Of a DNA stretch of 42,844 nucleotides, positions 1-10,693 are shown piece after piece (positions within the stretch are counted from its first letter, which is position 1; every line of letters starts with the position of its first letter). The notes under the pieces were generated by a model. The model had not been told where the DNA came from, ran no database searches, and saw only the letters and a program-made list of their open reading frames with translations. Source of the DNA: Octopus bimaculoides (lineage: Eukaryota); the NCBI RefSeq assembly GCF_001194135.2, contig NC_068997.1, forward strand, positions 1,132,873 through 1,175,716, written 5' to 3'. Made by a program: the position numbers and the translations under genes.

Positions 1-61
1 ATATATATATATATATATATATATAGCTAATCAATAGGACGATAAAATAGTGAATATATTC

Positions 62-213
62 TTTTCTACTCTAGGCATAAATTTTGGGGGAGGGGGCTAG
101 TTGATTAGATCGATTCCAGTACGCAACTAGTACTTAATTTATCGACCCTGAAAGGATGAAAGGCAAAGTCGACCTCGGCGGAATTTGAACTCAGAAAGTA
201 AAGACAGACGAAA
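62..213 (-). mobile_element. SINE family A (tRNA-derived), partial copy lacking the head
   Basis: Contains TACTTAATTTATCGACCCTGAAAGGATGAAAGGCAAAGTCGACCTCGGCGGAATTTGAACTCAG, which is shared with the copies at 9299, 22990 and 28350 and, inverted, with those at 10326 and 20893. Confidence 0.9.
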
Positions 214-420
214 AGAGTGAATATGTTGAGTAATAAAGATCGTTTAAATATTCCCTCATGTATATCTACGCACATACACACACATATATACACACACATC
301 TTCACTCACAAATACACACGCAATGATGATGTCTAATTAAATTGAAGACTCGGTAGCTGTTATTATAAGGTTGAGACATTATTGTAACCTGAGTAACTTT
401 AAACATGTAAAAATATCTTT

Positions 421-562
421 GATGGTTGTATGGTAAGGAGTTTGCTTCGCAATCCGAGTTCAGTTCCACTGCGTGGCACCTAGAGGGAGTGTCCTCTTCT
501 TTAGTTCGGGCCGACTAAAGCTTTGTGAGTGGATTTGATAGATTAAAACTGAAAGAAGCCCG
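421..562 (+). mobile_element. SINE family B (CORE-type), degenerate 5' half
   Basis: Aligns to the first about 140 nt of the adjacent copy at 577-957 (CCACTGCGTGGCACC...TTGTGAGTGGATTTG...AACTGAAAGAAGCCCG). Confidence 0.85.
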
Positions 563-576
563 AAATATAACTGTCA

Positions 577-957
577 TAGGTGTAGGAGTGGCTGTGTGGT
601 AAGTAGCTTGCTTACCATCCACATGGTTCCGAGTTCAGTCCCACTGCGTGGCACCTTGAGCAAGTGTCTTCTACTATAGCCTCGGGCCGACCAAAGCCTT
701 GTGAGTGGATTTGGTAGACGGAAACTGAAAGAAGCCCGTCGTATATATGTGTATATATATGTGTTTATGTGTCTGTGTTTGTCCCCCCACCATCGCTTGA
801 CAACCGATGGTGGTGTGTTTACGTCCCCGTAACTTAGCGGTTCGGCAAAAGAGACCGATCGAATAAGTACTAGGCTTCCAAAGAATAAGTCCTGGGGTTG
901 ATTTGCTCGACTAAAGGTGGTGCTCCAGCATGGCCGCAGTCAAATGACTGAAACAAG
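577..957 (+). mobile_element. SINE family B (CORE-type), near full length, 3' end runs into a gap
   Basis: tRNA-like head with A box (TGGCTGTGTGGTAAG) and B box (GAGTTCAGTCCC), CORE-like GGCACCTTGAGCAAGTGTCTT, internal (TA/TG)n, and tail ending GCAGTCAAATGACTGAAACAAG; an inverted copy lies at 4524-4907. Confidence 0.92.
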
Positions 958-1267
958 NNNNNNNNNNNNNNNNNNNNNNNNNNNNNNNNNNNNNNNNNNN
1001 NNNNNNNNNNNNNNNNNNNNNNNNNNNNNNNNNNNNNNNNNNNNNNNNNNNNNNNNNNNNNNNNNNNNNNNNNNNNNNNNNNNNNNNNNNNNNNNNNNNN
1101 NNNNNNNNNNNNNNNNNNNNNNNNNNNNNNNNNNNNNNNNNNNNNNNNNNNNNNNNNNNNNNNNNNNNNNNNNNNNNNNNNNNNNNNNNNNNNNNNNNNN
1201 NNNNNNNNNNNNNNNNNNNNNNNNNNNNNNNNNNNNNNNNNNNNNNNNNNNNNNNNNNNNNNNNNNN

Positions 1268-1308
<41 letters not shown>

Positions 1309-1683
1309 AATGGAACTATATTTATCGTCGTTTACTTTCTGAAGCCAATAATTTTTTCAGTTTATTTCAATCGCTAACGTTTCTTTTCAACCTGGATTCT
1401 CATGTGACTGTTGTGACTTAGGGTTTAATCAGAACATTCAATAAATTCTTTACGGGATCTAGTCATTCCTAGAGTCAATCGCAGCAGTGATTAAACATGT
1501 ACCTGACTCTGATTTAAGAAACAATTGACATTTCGCGAGGGAAATATCTACTGAAACCAAAACAAATATTACGAATTAAATTTAGAATAACAGAATGAGA
1601 GAAAAACCGATATTCTGAGTTGGATATTGATGATGAATGCATATTTGAGTGTTTGTATGTACCCCCCCCCCCCNNNNNNNNNN

Positions 1684-1885
1684 CCACAACTTTCTCTCAC
1701 TCTTACTTCCTGTTTCTGTTGTGCCTGTAATTCAAAGGGTCAGCCTTGTCACACTGTGTCACGCTGAATCTCCCCGAGAACTATGTTAAGGGTACACGTG
1801 TCTGGGGAGTGCTCAGCCACGTGCACGTTAATTTCACGAGCAGGCTGTTCAGTTGATCGGATCAACTGCAACCCTCGTCATCGTA
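1684..1885 (+). mobile_element. SINE family C, 3' part
   Basis: Closely similar to about 41886-42082 (CAACTTTCTCTCACTC...GTTAAGGGTACACGTGTCTG...GATCGGATCAACTG). Confidence 0.9.
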
Positions 1886-1949
1886 TAGAAGAATTTCTTG
1901 CATGTATTTTATTTGTTTGTGTTTGTCCCTTTGTTTTCATCCACATACC

Positions 1950-2070
1950 TTGTGAGGTCAGGATAAGAGGTCAGGGTACTCGGTTCAAGATCGTCAGTTG
2001 TTGAGTTCGAAATCTGGCGGTGCATTGTGCTTGAGCGAGGCACTTTATTTCACTGTGTACCAGTTCACTC
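1950..2070 (+). mobile_element. Degenerate CORE-type SINE head
   Basis: B-box-like GAGTTCGAAATC followed by TTGTGCTTGAGCGAGGCACTTTATTTCAC and CCAGTTCACTCGGCTG, resembling the 40533 copy. Confidence 0.55.
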
Positions 2071-2109
2071 GGCTGCTAATTCAAAATTCATCCACATACC
2101 CATGTATAT

Positions 2110-2149
<40 letters not shown>

Positions 2150-2716
2150 GGTATTAAATTGCATCCAGTAGTGCGTTGTTCGGGAGTTGTGGAGATTAAC
2201 AGCCCAGTCAAGATGGTATTTTCTTCATCTCCTACTCTTGTATTTGCACACATCTACAAAATGACTTCCTGAAATGAACTTCGATTATGCAGCTGAGGAG
2301 TACATTTTCATTGCACATTTTATGTGGTGTTCTCACTACATAAATAAATGAAGTTTGTACGAAACGTACGTACTGCTATAACCTAATACATTTTTNNNNN
2401 NNNNNNNNNNNNNNNNNNNNNNNNNNNNNNNNNNNNNNNNNNNNNNNNNNNNNNNNNNNNNNNNNNNNNNNNNNNNNNNNNNNNNNNNNNNNNNNNNNNN
2501 NNNNNNNNNNNNNNNNNNNNNNNNNNNNNNNNNNNNNNNNNNNNNNNNNNNNNNNNNNNNNNNNNNNNNNNNNNNNNNNNNNNNNNNNNNNNNNNNNNNN
2601 NNNNNNNNNNNNNNNNNNNNNNNNNNNNNNNNNNNNNNNNNNNNNNNNNNNNNNNNNNNNNNNNNNNNNNNNNNNNNNNNNNNNNNNNNNNNNNNNNNNN
2701 NNNNNNNNNNNNNNNN

Positions 2717-2756
<40 letters not shown>

Positions 2757-3649
2757 TGGATATACTTATGTATATATGTGTGCGTATGTGTGTATTTATA
2801 TGAATATACTTGCATGTATATATATGTATATGTATATGTATATGTATATATATGTATATAAGTGCATGTGTCTATGTGAGTGCACGTGTATATGTGTGCA
2901 TATATCTGAATGTACGTATATGCATATATATGTCTCCCACAATCTTATCGGCACGTGAGTATATATTATATATTCTGTATTTATACGTCATATATTGTGT
3001 GTGTATATATTATGTATTCTCTCTCTATATATACATCATATTGTCTGTGTGTAAACGTTATATACTCTGCTGTAATAATGAATGACAGGGAGAAGAGTTA
3101 AAAGAATTACAAAACGTATGGGGCTGTCTCCAATCATTTGCTATTGAAAACTGACAGAAACCAAATTTTTGACTGGCTACGATTAAAAGCAAGGTTTCGA
3201 TTTTGTTCGTCTTAATTTTTTTCATCTTTATATTCTCTATAACTCGTCTTAGCGTTTGTCATGCGCATGCGCCAGTAAAAGCAATTAAAGGCTGCTTTCA
3301 TTTATGCGGTGCACAGACAGCGCTAATTGAGTCATAAAAGACAAATAAGTTTACATTTGTGGTCGACCATCTTTTGCAGATTGCTTGGTTTTTAGCTTAA
3401 TTTTTTTTACAATAGAACAATCATGTAGGAGATAAAATTCACCTGTGTAGATATTATTTTCAAATACATAACAGCAAAATCCTTTGACAGTATACAGATG
3501 TTCAAACAAAACAAGAAAAAACATAAAATAAAATGTCCTCTGTATTCTGTTTCATTTCACGCAACAATAAACGGATTACAGCAAGGTATTTCAACGATAA
3601 CTATTCCTATGCATGTGATTACTTCATGGGAAACATCGTAACAGGTGTG

Positions 3650-3893
3650 TCGACCGACATTAATGAGACAGAGTAGTAATTTACAAATCGTGCTCCAAGA
3701 AGAAAAAGTGAAAATCTTCTGTGATCATTTCTATAGCTATGGTACCAGAAACAAGCACAATAGGTAAACGTGGGGATTAAGAAAATGTTGGTTTAGTTAA
3801 AGTTATTCTTTGACCGAGCAAAGAGAGGAGACAACTCCTAATGTTTCTGTTAGTAGACATCGTCAGTGGAAGTATAACATTCGATATTGCTTG
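3650..3893 (+). mobile_element. 5'-truncated copy of the 3' end/3'UTR of the LINE at 5790-7075
   Basis: Diverged direct repeat of about 6860-7075 (TTTCTATAGCTAT, AATAGGTAAA, GGTTTAGTTAAAGTT, CCGAGCAAAG, TCGTCAG, TAACATTCGATATTGCTTG). Confidence 0.7.
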
Positions 3894-4027
3894 CTGACAC
3901 TATGGTAACTAGCTTACTCATGCATGCACGCACACACATATATACATGCATATGTATATACATGAATAATAGAAAAAAAAAACCTTTGTGTCAGCTTCTC
4001 GTATTAAAATAGAGTAGTTAATATAGA

Positions 4028-4321
4028 GTGGAGGCGCAATGGCCCAGGCAGCGGACTCGCGGTCGGAGGATCGCGGTTTCGATTCGCAGACCGGGCGTTG
4101 TGTGTGTTTATTGAGGGGAAAACACCGAAAAGCCCACGAGGCTCCGGCAGGGGGTGGTGGCGACCCCTGTTGTACTTTTTCGCCCCAACTTTCTCTCACT
4201 GTTTCTTGAGTGCGCTGCGATGGACTGGCGTCCCGTCCAGCAGGGGGGAACACATACGCCATAGAAACCGGGAAACCGGGCCCATGAGCCTGGCTAGGCT
4301 TTAAAAAGGGCGCATAAAAAA
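4028..4321 (+). mobile_element. SINE with family C head and body but an alternative 3' tail; full insertion
   Basis: 4028-4200 aligns to 41722-41902 and then switches to GCGATGGACTGGCGTCCCGTCCAG...AGAAACCGGG...; short A tail; 12-bp TSD AGTTAATATAGA at 4016-4027 and 4322-4333. Confidence 0.9.
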
Positions 4322-4523
4322 AGTTAATATAGAAGTCTTAACCAAGAAATACACCATTTTGAACTCAAAGTTTCAGAAATAATCTCGCTATTAAAGACTC
4401 GGCAGGATCAAGTCGAAACAGCATACCCGGAAAACAGGAAATAAAATAAGATCATTCACAGTGTTCAGGGTAACAGAAATTGCAATCGAAAAAGAACAGG
4501 TATTCCCTTTATATCTTATCTTG

Positions 4524-4907
4524 TTCTTGTTTCACTTATAAGACTGCAACCATACTGGGACACTGCGTTGAAGAATTTTAGTCGAATGAATCGAGCCTAG
4601 TATTTAACGTTATTTTTTGCTAAGCCTGGTACTTATTTTATCGGATCTCTTTTTCAGAATCGCTAAGCTACTGGGACATAAACACACTAACACTGGTTGT
4701 CAAGCGATGGTGGGAGGGGGGACAAACACACACACACGCACACAACGGGCTCCTTCCAGTTTCCGTCTACCAAATCCACTCACAAGGCTTTAATCGGGAC
4801 GAGGCTATAGTAGAAAACACTTGCCCAAGATGCCACGCAGTGGGAGTGAACCCAGAACTATGTGATTAGAAAGCAAGCTTCTTACCATACAGCCTCGATT
4901 GCACCTA
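4524..4907 (-). mobile_element. SINE family B (CORE-type), older full-length copy
   Basis: The reverse complement aligns along the length of 577-957 (CAGTTTCCGTCTACCAAATCCACTCACAAGGCTTT...CACTTGCCCAAGATGCCACGCAGTGGGA). Confidence 0.9.
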
Positions 4908-5789
4908 TAACTAGAAACAATAAATCATTCAAGTATTTCAGAAACAATTCATTGATGCATTGATTTTTAAAACCAAATTGATGATTAAATATTGATTATG
5001 AAGCCACGTGTTTATTTAGTTACCTTAAAACATACACCACCGCTTAAAATTTTGTTTTTTGCAACGAAGAATTTCCAACCTACCCCTGTCTTTCATGTCA
5101 TACTTAAAGTAATGTCTGGAATAATTGCAATGCTCTAAACGGCAATATGGAGACCAGACCAATAATTACAGTTGCATGAATTTCTTTAAGACTGACGGTT
5201 TTATCACCAAATTTTCGTATTTATTTTTTTCATCTCAGAAATTGTTTTCTCTCAGACTAATATGATTTCCAGATGGAAGATTAAGTAGAAAAATGATTTG
5301 CACCCAATTTTCTTCCAATTGGTCTTCGATTTTACAGTCTGAAGCATATGAAAGAAACAGTTAATTAGATGTTCCGTAGAGTCAAAGACCATATAGCATG
5401 ATGGAGGTTGAAATGTACTGTCTCCTCGTATAAAGATATATTTTTTTCTTAATTGAAAGCAATGATTAACTTGCAACAAAAAGATGCCTTGATATGCATA
5501 CATACATAAAAATACACACAAATACACATACATGCGTGCTCGCACATTTTGGTTATTCCAAAAAGTGTTTACACATATTGAATGATTGTGAAGTCATGTT
5601 TATTAAGATACATTTACATTTCATCTTCAAAATTTAATTGAATCTACAAAGAAATTTAATCTTTTCATGAATTCCGGTTTTGGTCCAGGCACAGCTGATA
5701 GCGCGGAATTGCAAATATCAAGAAACACTTCCTTTGGTATTTGAGCGAGTTCTTGTTCACTGGCAATTCTAAAACCCTAAATTTATGTC

Positions 5790-7075
5790 GTATAATTCAT
5801 CTTTTAAGTTTCTCCATTAAAAATGATGAAGGAGACAGAGGCTTGAAATCAGTGAGGGCAGTTTTTGTATGTCGTATAGTCTCTCTTAAACAGCATCTGC
5901 TAAACAACAGCTGCGAAAATATATACATAAACCTCGAGTTGAAAAGCAAAGAGAACAGCGTCCTACCTGTCAGCAGTGAGCTCCCCAGAAAATACCCTCT
6001 TCCCATACAACCTCAAAACAGCTGGAATAACACACCTCACAGAAGACCAAGTTGTGAAAGGCTTAACATCTTAAAGAAGAAAAAGAAAAAAGGCTATTCT
6101 TGGGTATCTTTCCCGTAGAATTGACGAGGACACTAATATCTGCATGAAGTGCAGCTACGATGAGACTATTTTGGATTCACACTTCGAAGACTATGTATTT
6201 GCAATCCAAAACTAGGAGATTGCTACAAAATACATAATAAATAAAAGAGACAGTGAAATTCTTGGAGCTCCAAGATGAAATCGAAAGTGTAAATTAAATG
6301 ACATTTATGTGGGAGACATAATGTTTTGGCTGCGTGATCAGTAGCTGCTTAAAAATGCCATCAAGTTACGACTGCCTAATGCGACATGACGTTGTTGCAA
6401 ACTCAATATACAGTGGTAACCGGAAAAGATTGTCCTGAAATAGCTACAGAGAATTCTTGTTATTGAATAAATACATAAACACCAACGTAAGAAATAATGG
6501 CTAAACGTTAGCACTAAAACTTTTACCAAGCACAGTTATAACAGGCAGGATATTGTTGTTTGAACAGACAAGAAAAAGTAAGCACTGTCATAGATGGCAG
6601 CTGCCCTGTTGATGTTAATATCTTTTAGAAAATTTGAGAGAGAATAGCTATGGGCAACAGCTTCGAAACCTTCAGCTTCTACATCCAGTTTATAAAGTCA
6701 CATTTAAACCATTAATTATGGTGCGCTTGGTTTTGTGAGGAAATGTTGACAATCTGGATCAGCTGAGGCTTTCAGAAGAAGACATCATCGAAATTATTCA
6801 CACTTTACAGATACAATCTGCAAGCGGAAGAGTAGCATTGTGCAAGACTTTCATGAAGTTCAGAATGCAGTAGTTAACAAATCATGAAGTCAAAACTGAA
6901 AATCTTGTGTTAATTTCTATAGCTATTGGTGTCAGAAACAATAGGTAAATATGATATTGAGAAAATATTAAGGTTTAGTTAAAGTTGTTCATTGGCCGAG
7001 CAAAGGAAAGAGACATCTTGTCATGTATCTGTAATTAACCGTCGTCAGCAAAAGAATAACATTCGATATTGCTTG
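5790..7075 (+). pseudogene. Decayed non-LTR retrotransposon with a restriction-like endonuclease (R4/Dong/NeSL group): post-RT region, CCHC/RHD motif, PD-(D/E)xK nuclease and 3'UTR
   Basis: Manual translation across stops and frameshifts gives EGDRGLKSV (GGRGL motif), SHFEDYVFAIQN*EIATKYI, ISSCLKMPSSYDCLMRHDVVA, NRQDIVV, IDGSCPVDVNI, G(A)LGFV and LQIQSASGRVALCKTFMKF. Confidence 0.85.
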
Positions 7076-7240
7076 TGAATTCGTTTTTGTTATCTATGTT
7101 GCATGGATAGAGCTTTGTATCTTTGTATGAAACTACACTCTTCCTTACAAGAAGATTTCAAATAATTAAAAATATTACATACATAATGCACACATGCACG
7201 CGCACACATATACATTGTGTGTGTGTGTGTGTTTGTATGT

Positions 7241-7408
7241 GTTTCCCCACCGGTTGACAACCGGTGTTGGCTCGATTACGCCATCGTAAATTAGTGGTTC
7301 GATGAAAGAGGGTAATAAAATAAGCAATGGGATCGATTTGATCGACTAAACTCTTCAATGCAGTGCCCCGGCATAGCTGCAGTCTATTGACTGAAACAAA
7401 AGAATACA
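7241..7408 (+). mobile_element. SINE family B, degenerate 3' half
   Basis: TTGACAACCGGTG...GATCGATTTGATCGACTAAA...GCAGTCTATTGACTGAAACAA matches 781-957. Confidence 0.75.
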
Positions 7409-8450
7409 AAAGTATATGTATTTGTGTGTATATAGGTTTGTAAGTGAATACACATACACACATACACACACGTATACACACACACACGCACGCACACACA
7501 CACTCACACACACACGCACACGCATACACACACGCACACACACACACGTGTGTGTACATGTATGTATACTTATATACGTACATATTTACGTTTATGTTTA
7601 TATATAAACGTATAAACATTTTCGAGTATTTATATACCCATAAGCAGCCATGTGTATGACAAATATAATTATTTCCCCTAGACCCACTGGCATGTATTTG
7701 TGATTGATCTCCTGCTTAATTAAATGGCTGCAGACAGTATCTGCATACATGCATTCCTACATGTGTCTTTACCGTTGCTAGAATTACCGAACATAAATGA
7801 ATAATTCTAAAAGGTAAAGTAAACGAAATAAAGCCGCAGAAAGAATGTTCTTTTGCAGTGATAAGGGCGGAGTAGGTGGTATTATTTGTTGTTTTAATTT
7901 CAGTTGACTATAAGAGAACGTCTGTTTCATTTTATGTCAGCCACAAAAAGAAATGACGTAATAAAAAAGTAGTTAAGTAGCGTCTTTATCAAAATGGACA
8001 GACAGTGAAGAAACAGACGGCATTTTCACTGAATCTAGTCTCGGAAAGAAAAAAGAACATCAACGTTGTGAAAGAAACTGTTAGAATATTCTTTATTTTA
8101 GGCAAGGAATATTGGCTTTTCTAGGATTATAGCTTATATTGGAAGCAAAGTTCAGTATCTTGGAGAATCGACGAGAGTGACAGGATTATATTATTGCTTC
8201 TAAATTCGAAATGATTTGATAGACTGATTTTTTTTATTTGGCGGAAAGCCCACTCATGTACACCTAAGGAATATGGTTAGCTATCTCGATTCCTTGAAAG
8301 CAAAGCTTCTTTCTAGTATATGTCACCACAAAAAGATAAGATGAAGTAGAATAGTAAACTTTGATATCCAACAGAAAATATACGTAATAACATTTATGTG
8401 TGCGTTGAGTGGGTTTGTGTAGTTTTCAATATGCTTGTGGTTTTCTCTGA

Positions 8451-8493
<43 letters not shown>

Positions 8494-8992
8494 AGTTTCA
8501 TATAATCTTGTATGAAATAATGGAGAATACTGGATAATTGTGGGGCATGTATCTTCTTTTATTGATATCAAGACTAGGTTTCTCTACTGGAAGCTATGGA
8601 TCTTTTGAAAATCTATCTAAATATTTCAAATATTAACGACCGTCACATCCGGCAAGCTTTAGAATGGTCTCGATATTCTACCATTTATCGATCGCAACTT
8701 CACATTGGTTTTCATATCAATTTAGAGCGAAATATTAATTTTTAGAAATCGCCGTTAAACTGGTAATCTTTTAGTGAAAAGTCTCTGGAAAAGGTCTTAA
8801 TTTTCTGATAAACTGTTCAGTGTAAATAGAAGTTTTAGAAAGCCACATTTTAAAAGATAATAAATAGTAAATTACTGTTATGACGATTTCTTTGTTTGCT
8901 TTATCTTAGATACTGGTTTTGTTAGAAGTCAAACAACTTTACCACGGTTTACCATCTAGTAACACTGCAGTCTTAAAACGTAAGAGCACACG

Positions 8993-9076
8993 TATATATT
9001 TATGTATATATTTATGTATATATTTATGTATATATTTATGTATATATTTATGTATATATTTATGTATATATTTATG
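8993..9076. repeat. Minisatellite (TATATATTTATG)x7
   Basis: Seven perfect 12-bp units read directly. Confidence 0.97.
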
Positions 9077-9298
9077 TGTGCTCTCTTTTGTTTTTAATTA
9101 TCCAAACTCCTCCTCTGAGAAAGGAACTGATTTCTAACAAAGACGCAAAGTTCCTTCGCTAGAATGTAGATAACAAAAAAACAATGACACATTTTAAATT
9201 TGTGAAAAGTCTCGTATAGTTTTACTGTTCCATTTAAAGATTGTATTTGTAATGTGCGGGTTAGTTGGTTGATTGCTATGTATGTATAGGAAAATAAT

Positions 9299-9515
9299 CT
9301 TTTGTACTCTAGGCACAAGGCCCGAAAGTTTTGGGGAGGGGGCAGTCGATTAGATCGACCTCAGGACGCAACTGGTACTTAGTTTATCCCGAAAGAATGA
9401 AAGGCAAAATCGACCTCGGCAAAATTTGAACTCGGAACCTAAAGACAGACGAAATGCCGCTAAGCATTTCGCCCGATGTGCTAACGTTTCTGCCAGCTCG
9501 CCGCCTTACATATAG
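9299..9515 (-). mobile_element. SINE family A, full length
   Basis: Minus-strand head AAGGCGGCGAGCTGGCAGAAACGTTAGC with B-box-like GAGTTCAAATT; probable 11-bp TSD AGGAAAATAAT at 9288-9298 and 9516-9526. Confidence 0.92.
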
Positions 9516-10027
9516 AGGAAAATAATAAAAAAGAGTTGAAAATGCATCACATTTTTATACATATATATTTTTTGTTTCAATAAAACAATTTCTATCTACA
9601 GAAAGGGTAAATAGCTTTTTTCTATATAACAATGAAGAGGAAAGTAAAAATGCAAAAATATGTTTTCACATAACAAATGTTTGCGTATAATAGTTTCAGT
9701 GAAAAACATATCAGTTAATATCTTCACAAGGTGAGTTTTACATACATAATACACACACACACGCACGCGCAAACAAGTATGAGAGAGTAAATATTTTACA
9801 TGTTACTTCGTGATCATCGTTCGAGAAGTTTTAGTGAATAAATTTTTGCGTATGATATGATGCGGTCAAAAGAGGCTTTGTAGAAGAAAAATCAGTTTTT
9901 TTAACTGATCCGTATCCAAATTTTCGCTGTCATTCAGCCTTTCAAAATTCTTGGTGATTCTTGTATTATATGTAAAGATCATGTGTTGATTCAAAATGAT
10001 TGCTTTTAAAACAGGTTACACTAAAAT

Positions 10028-10198
10028 CAATTTAACATTAAACTAAAGAGTTACTTAATACTTTATGTACAGTATATATTTATTACACTTTTACAAGAAA
10101 AGAGGTACAGTGACTTTGAAGTTTCCGTTAGCTGACCTTCGTAGGACAGTCTGACGAAGGCTAGCGAGCTGAAACTTCGAAGTCACTGTCATCTCTTT
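10028..10198. mobile_element. Short palindromic repeat element carrying hammerhead ribozyme motifs (putative Penelope-like or retrozyme-like relic)
   Basis: Arms 10107-10125 and 10171-10189 are 18/19 reverse-complementary, and inner arms 10136-10142 and 10154-10160 are perfect; the leader CAATTTAACATTAAACT and the right arm recur at 28944-29110. Confidence 0.7.
10145..10190 (+). ncRNA. Type I hammerhead ribozyme motif
   Basis: Stem I GACAGU (10145-50) pairs with ACUGUC (10185-90); core CUGACGA (10151-57); stem II AGGCU-AGCG-AGCU with one bulge; GAAA (10171-74); palindromic stem III ACUUCGAAGU; GUC cleavage triplet ending at 10184. Confidence 0.8.
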
Positions 10199-10325
10199 CG
10201 GATCAGTAGGAACAATCTCTTCTTGCAAAGGCTTTAAACTGGGACGCTGTTGCAGGATCAGGTGACGAAACTGTAACGATTATGTTATGGTAGTACCTTT
10301 AACTGAGTGCAGTATATGACGTTTG

Positions 10326-10540
10326 TAAGGCGTCGAGCCCCGCAAAATCATAAGGATTCTGGGTCAAATGCTTTGCGGCATTTCACTCTTAACTACATCC
10401 TGAGTTCAAATTCCGTCGAGGTCGACTTCGCTTTCATCCTTTCTGAGTCGATTAAAGGAATACCAGCTGAGCACTTGGGTCAATGGAATCGATTTTACCC
10501 CTTCCCCGCACTTGCTGGCCATGTGCCAAGTTCTGAAATC
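10326..10540 (+). mobile_element. SINE family A, degenerate full length
   Basis: TAAGGCGTCGAGC head and CTGAGTTCAAATTCCGTCGAGGTCGACTTCGCTTTCATCCTTTC body. Confidence 0.88.
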
Positions 10541-10693
10541 AGTATATTACGGTTGTGGACAACTGTTCCATGGAGAGATCGCCTTGCTAGCCATTAGAAT
10601 CATCGCCATAACTGAGAAACTGCAAACGACGAAAGAAATAACCGGAAACGTGGAGAAGACGACGATATGCTGCTCCCACTCTATGTATGTATA

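Noticed and set aside
3825-3880. Minus-strand CTGACGA...GAAAC...GTC in the LINE 3'UTR (also near 7015-7055), a possible hammerhead
   Set aside because: Helix I cannot form in either copy because both flanks are pyrimidine-rich, and GAAA is GATA in the second copy
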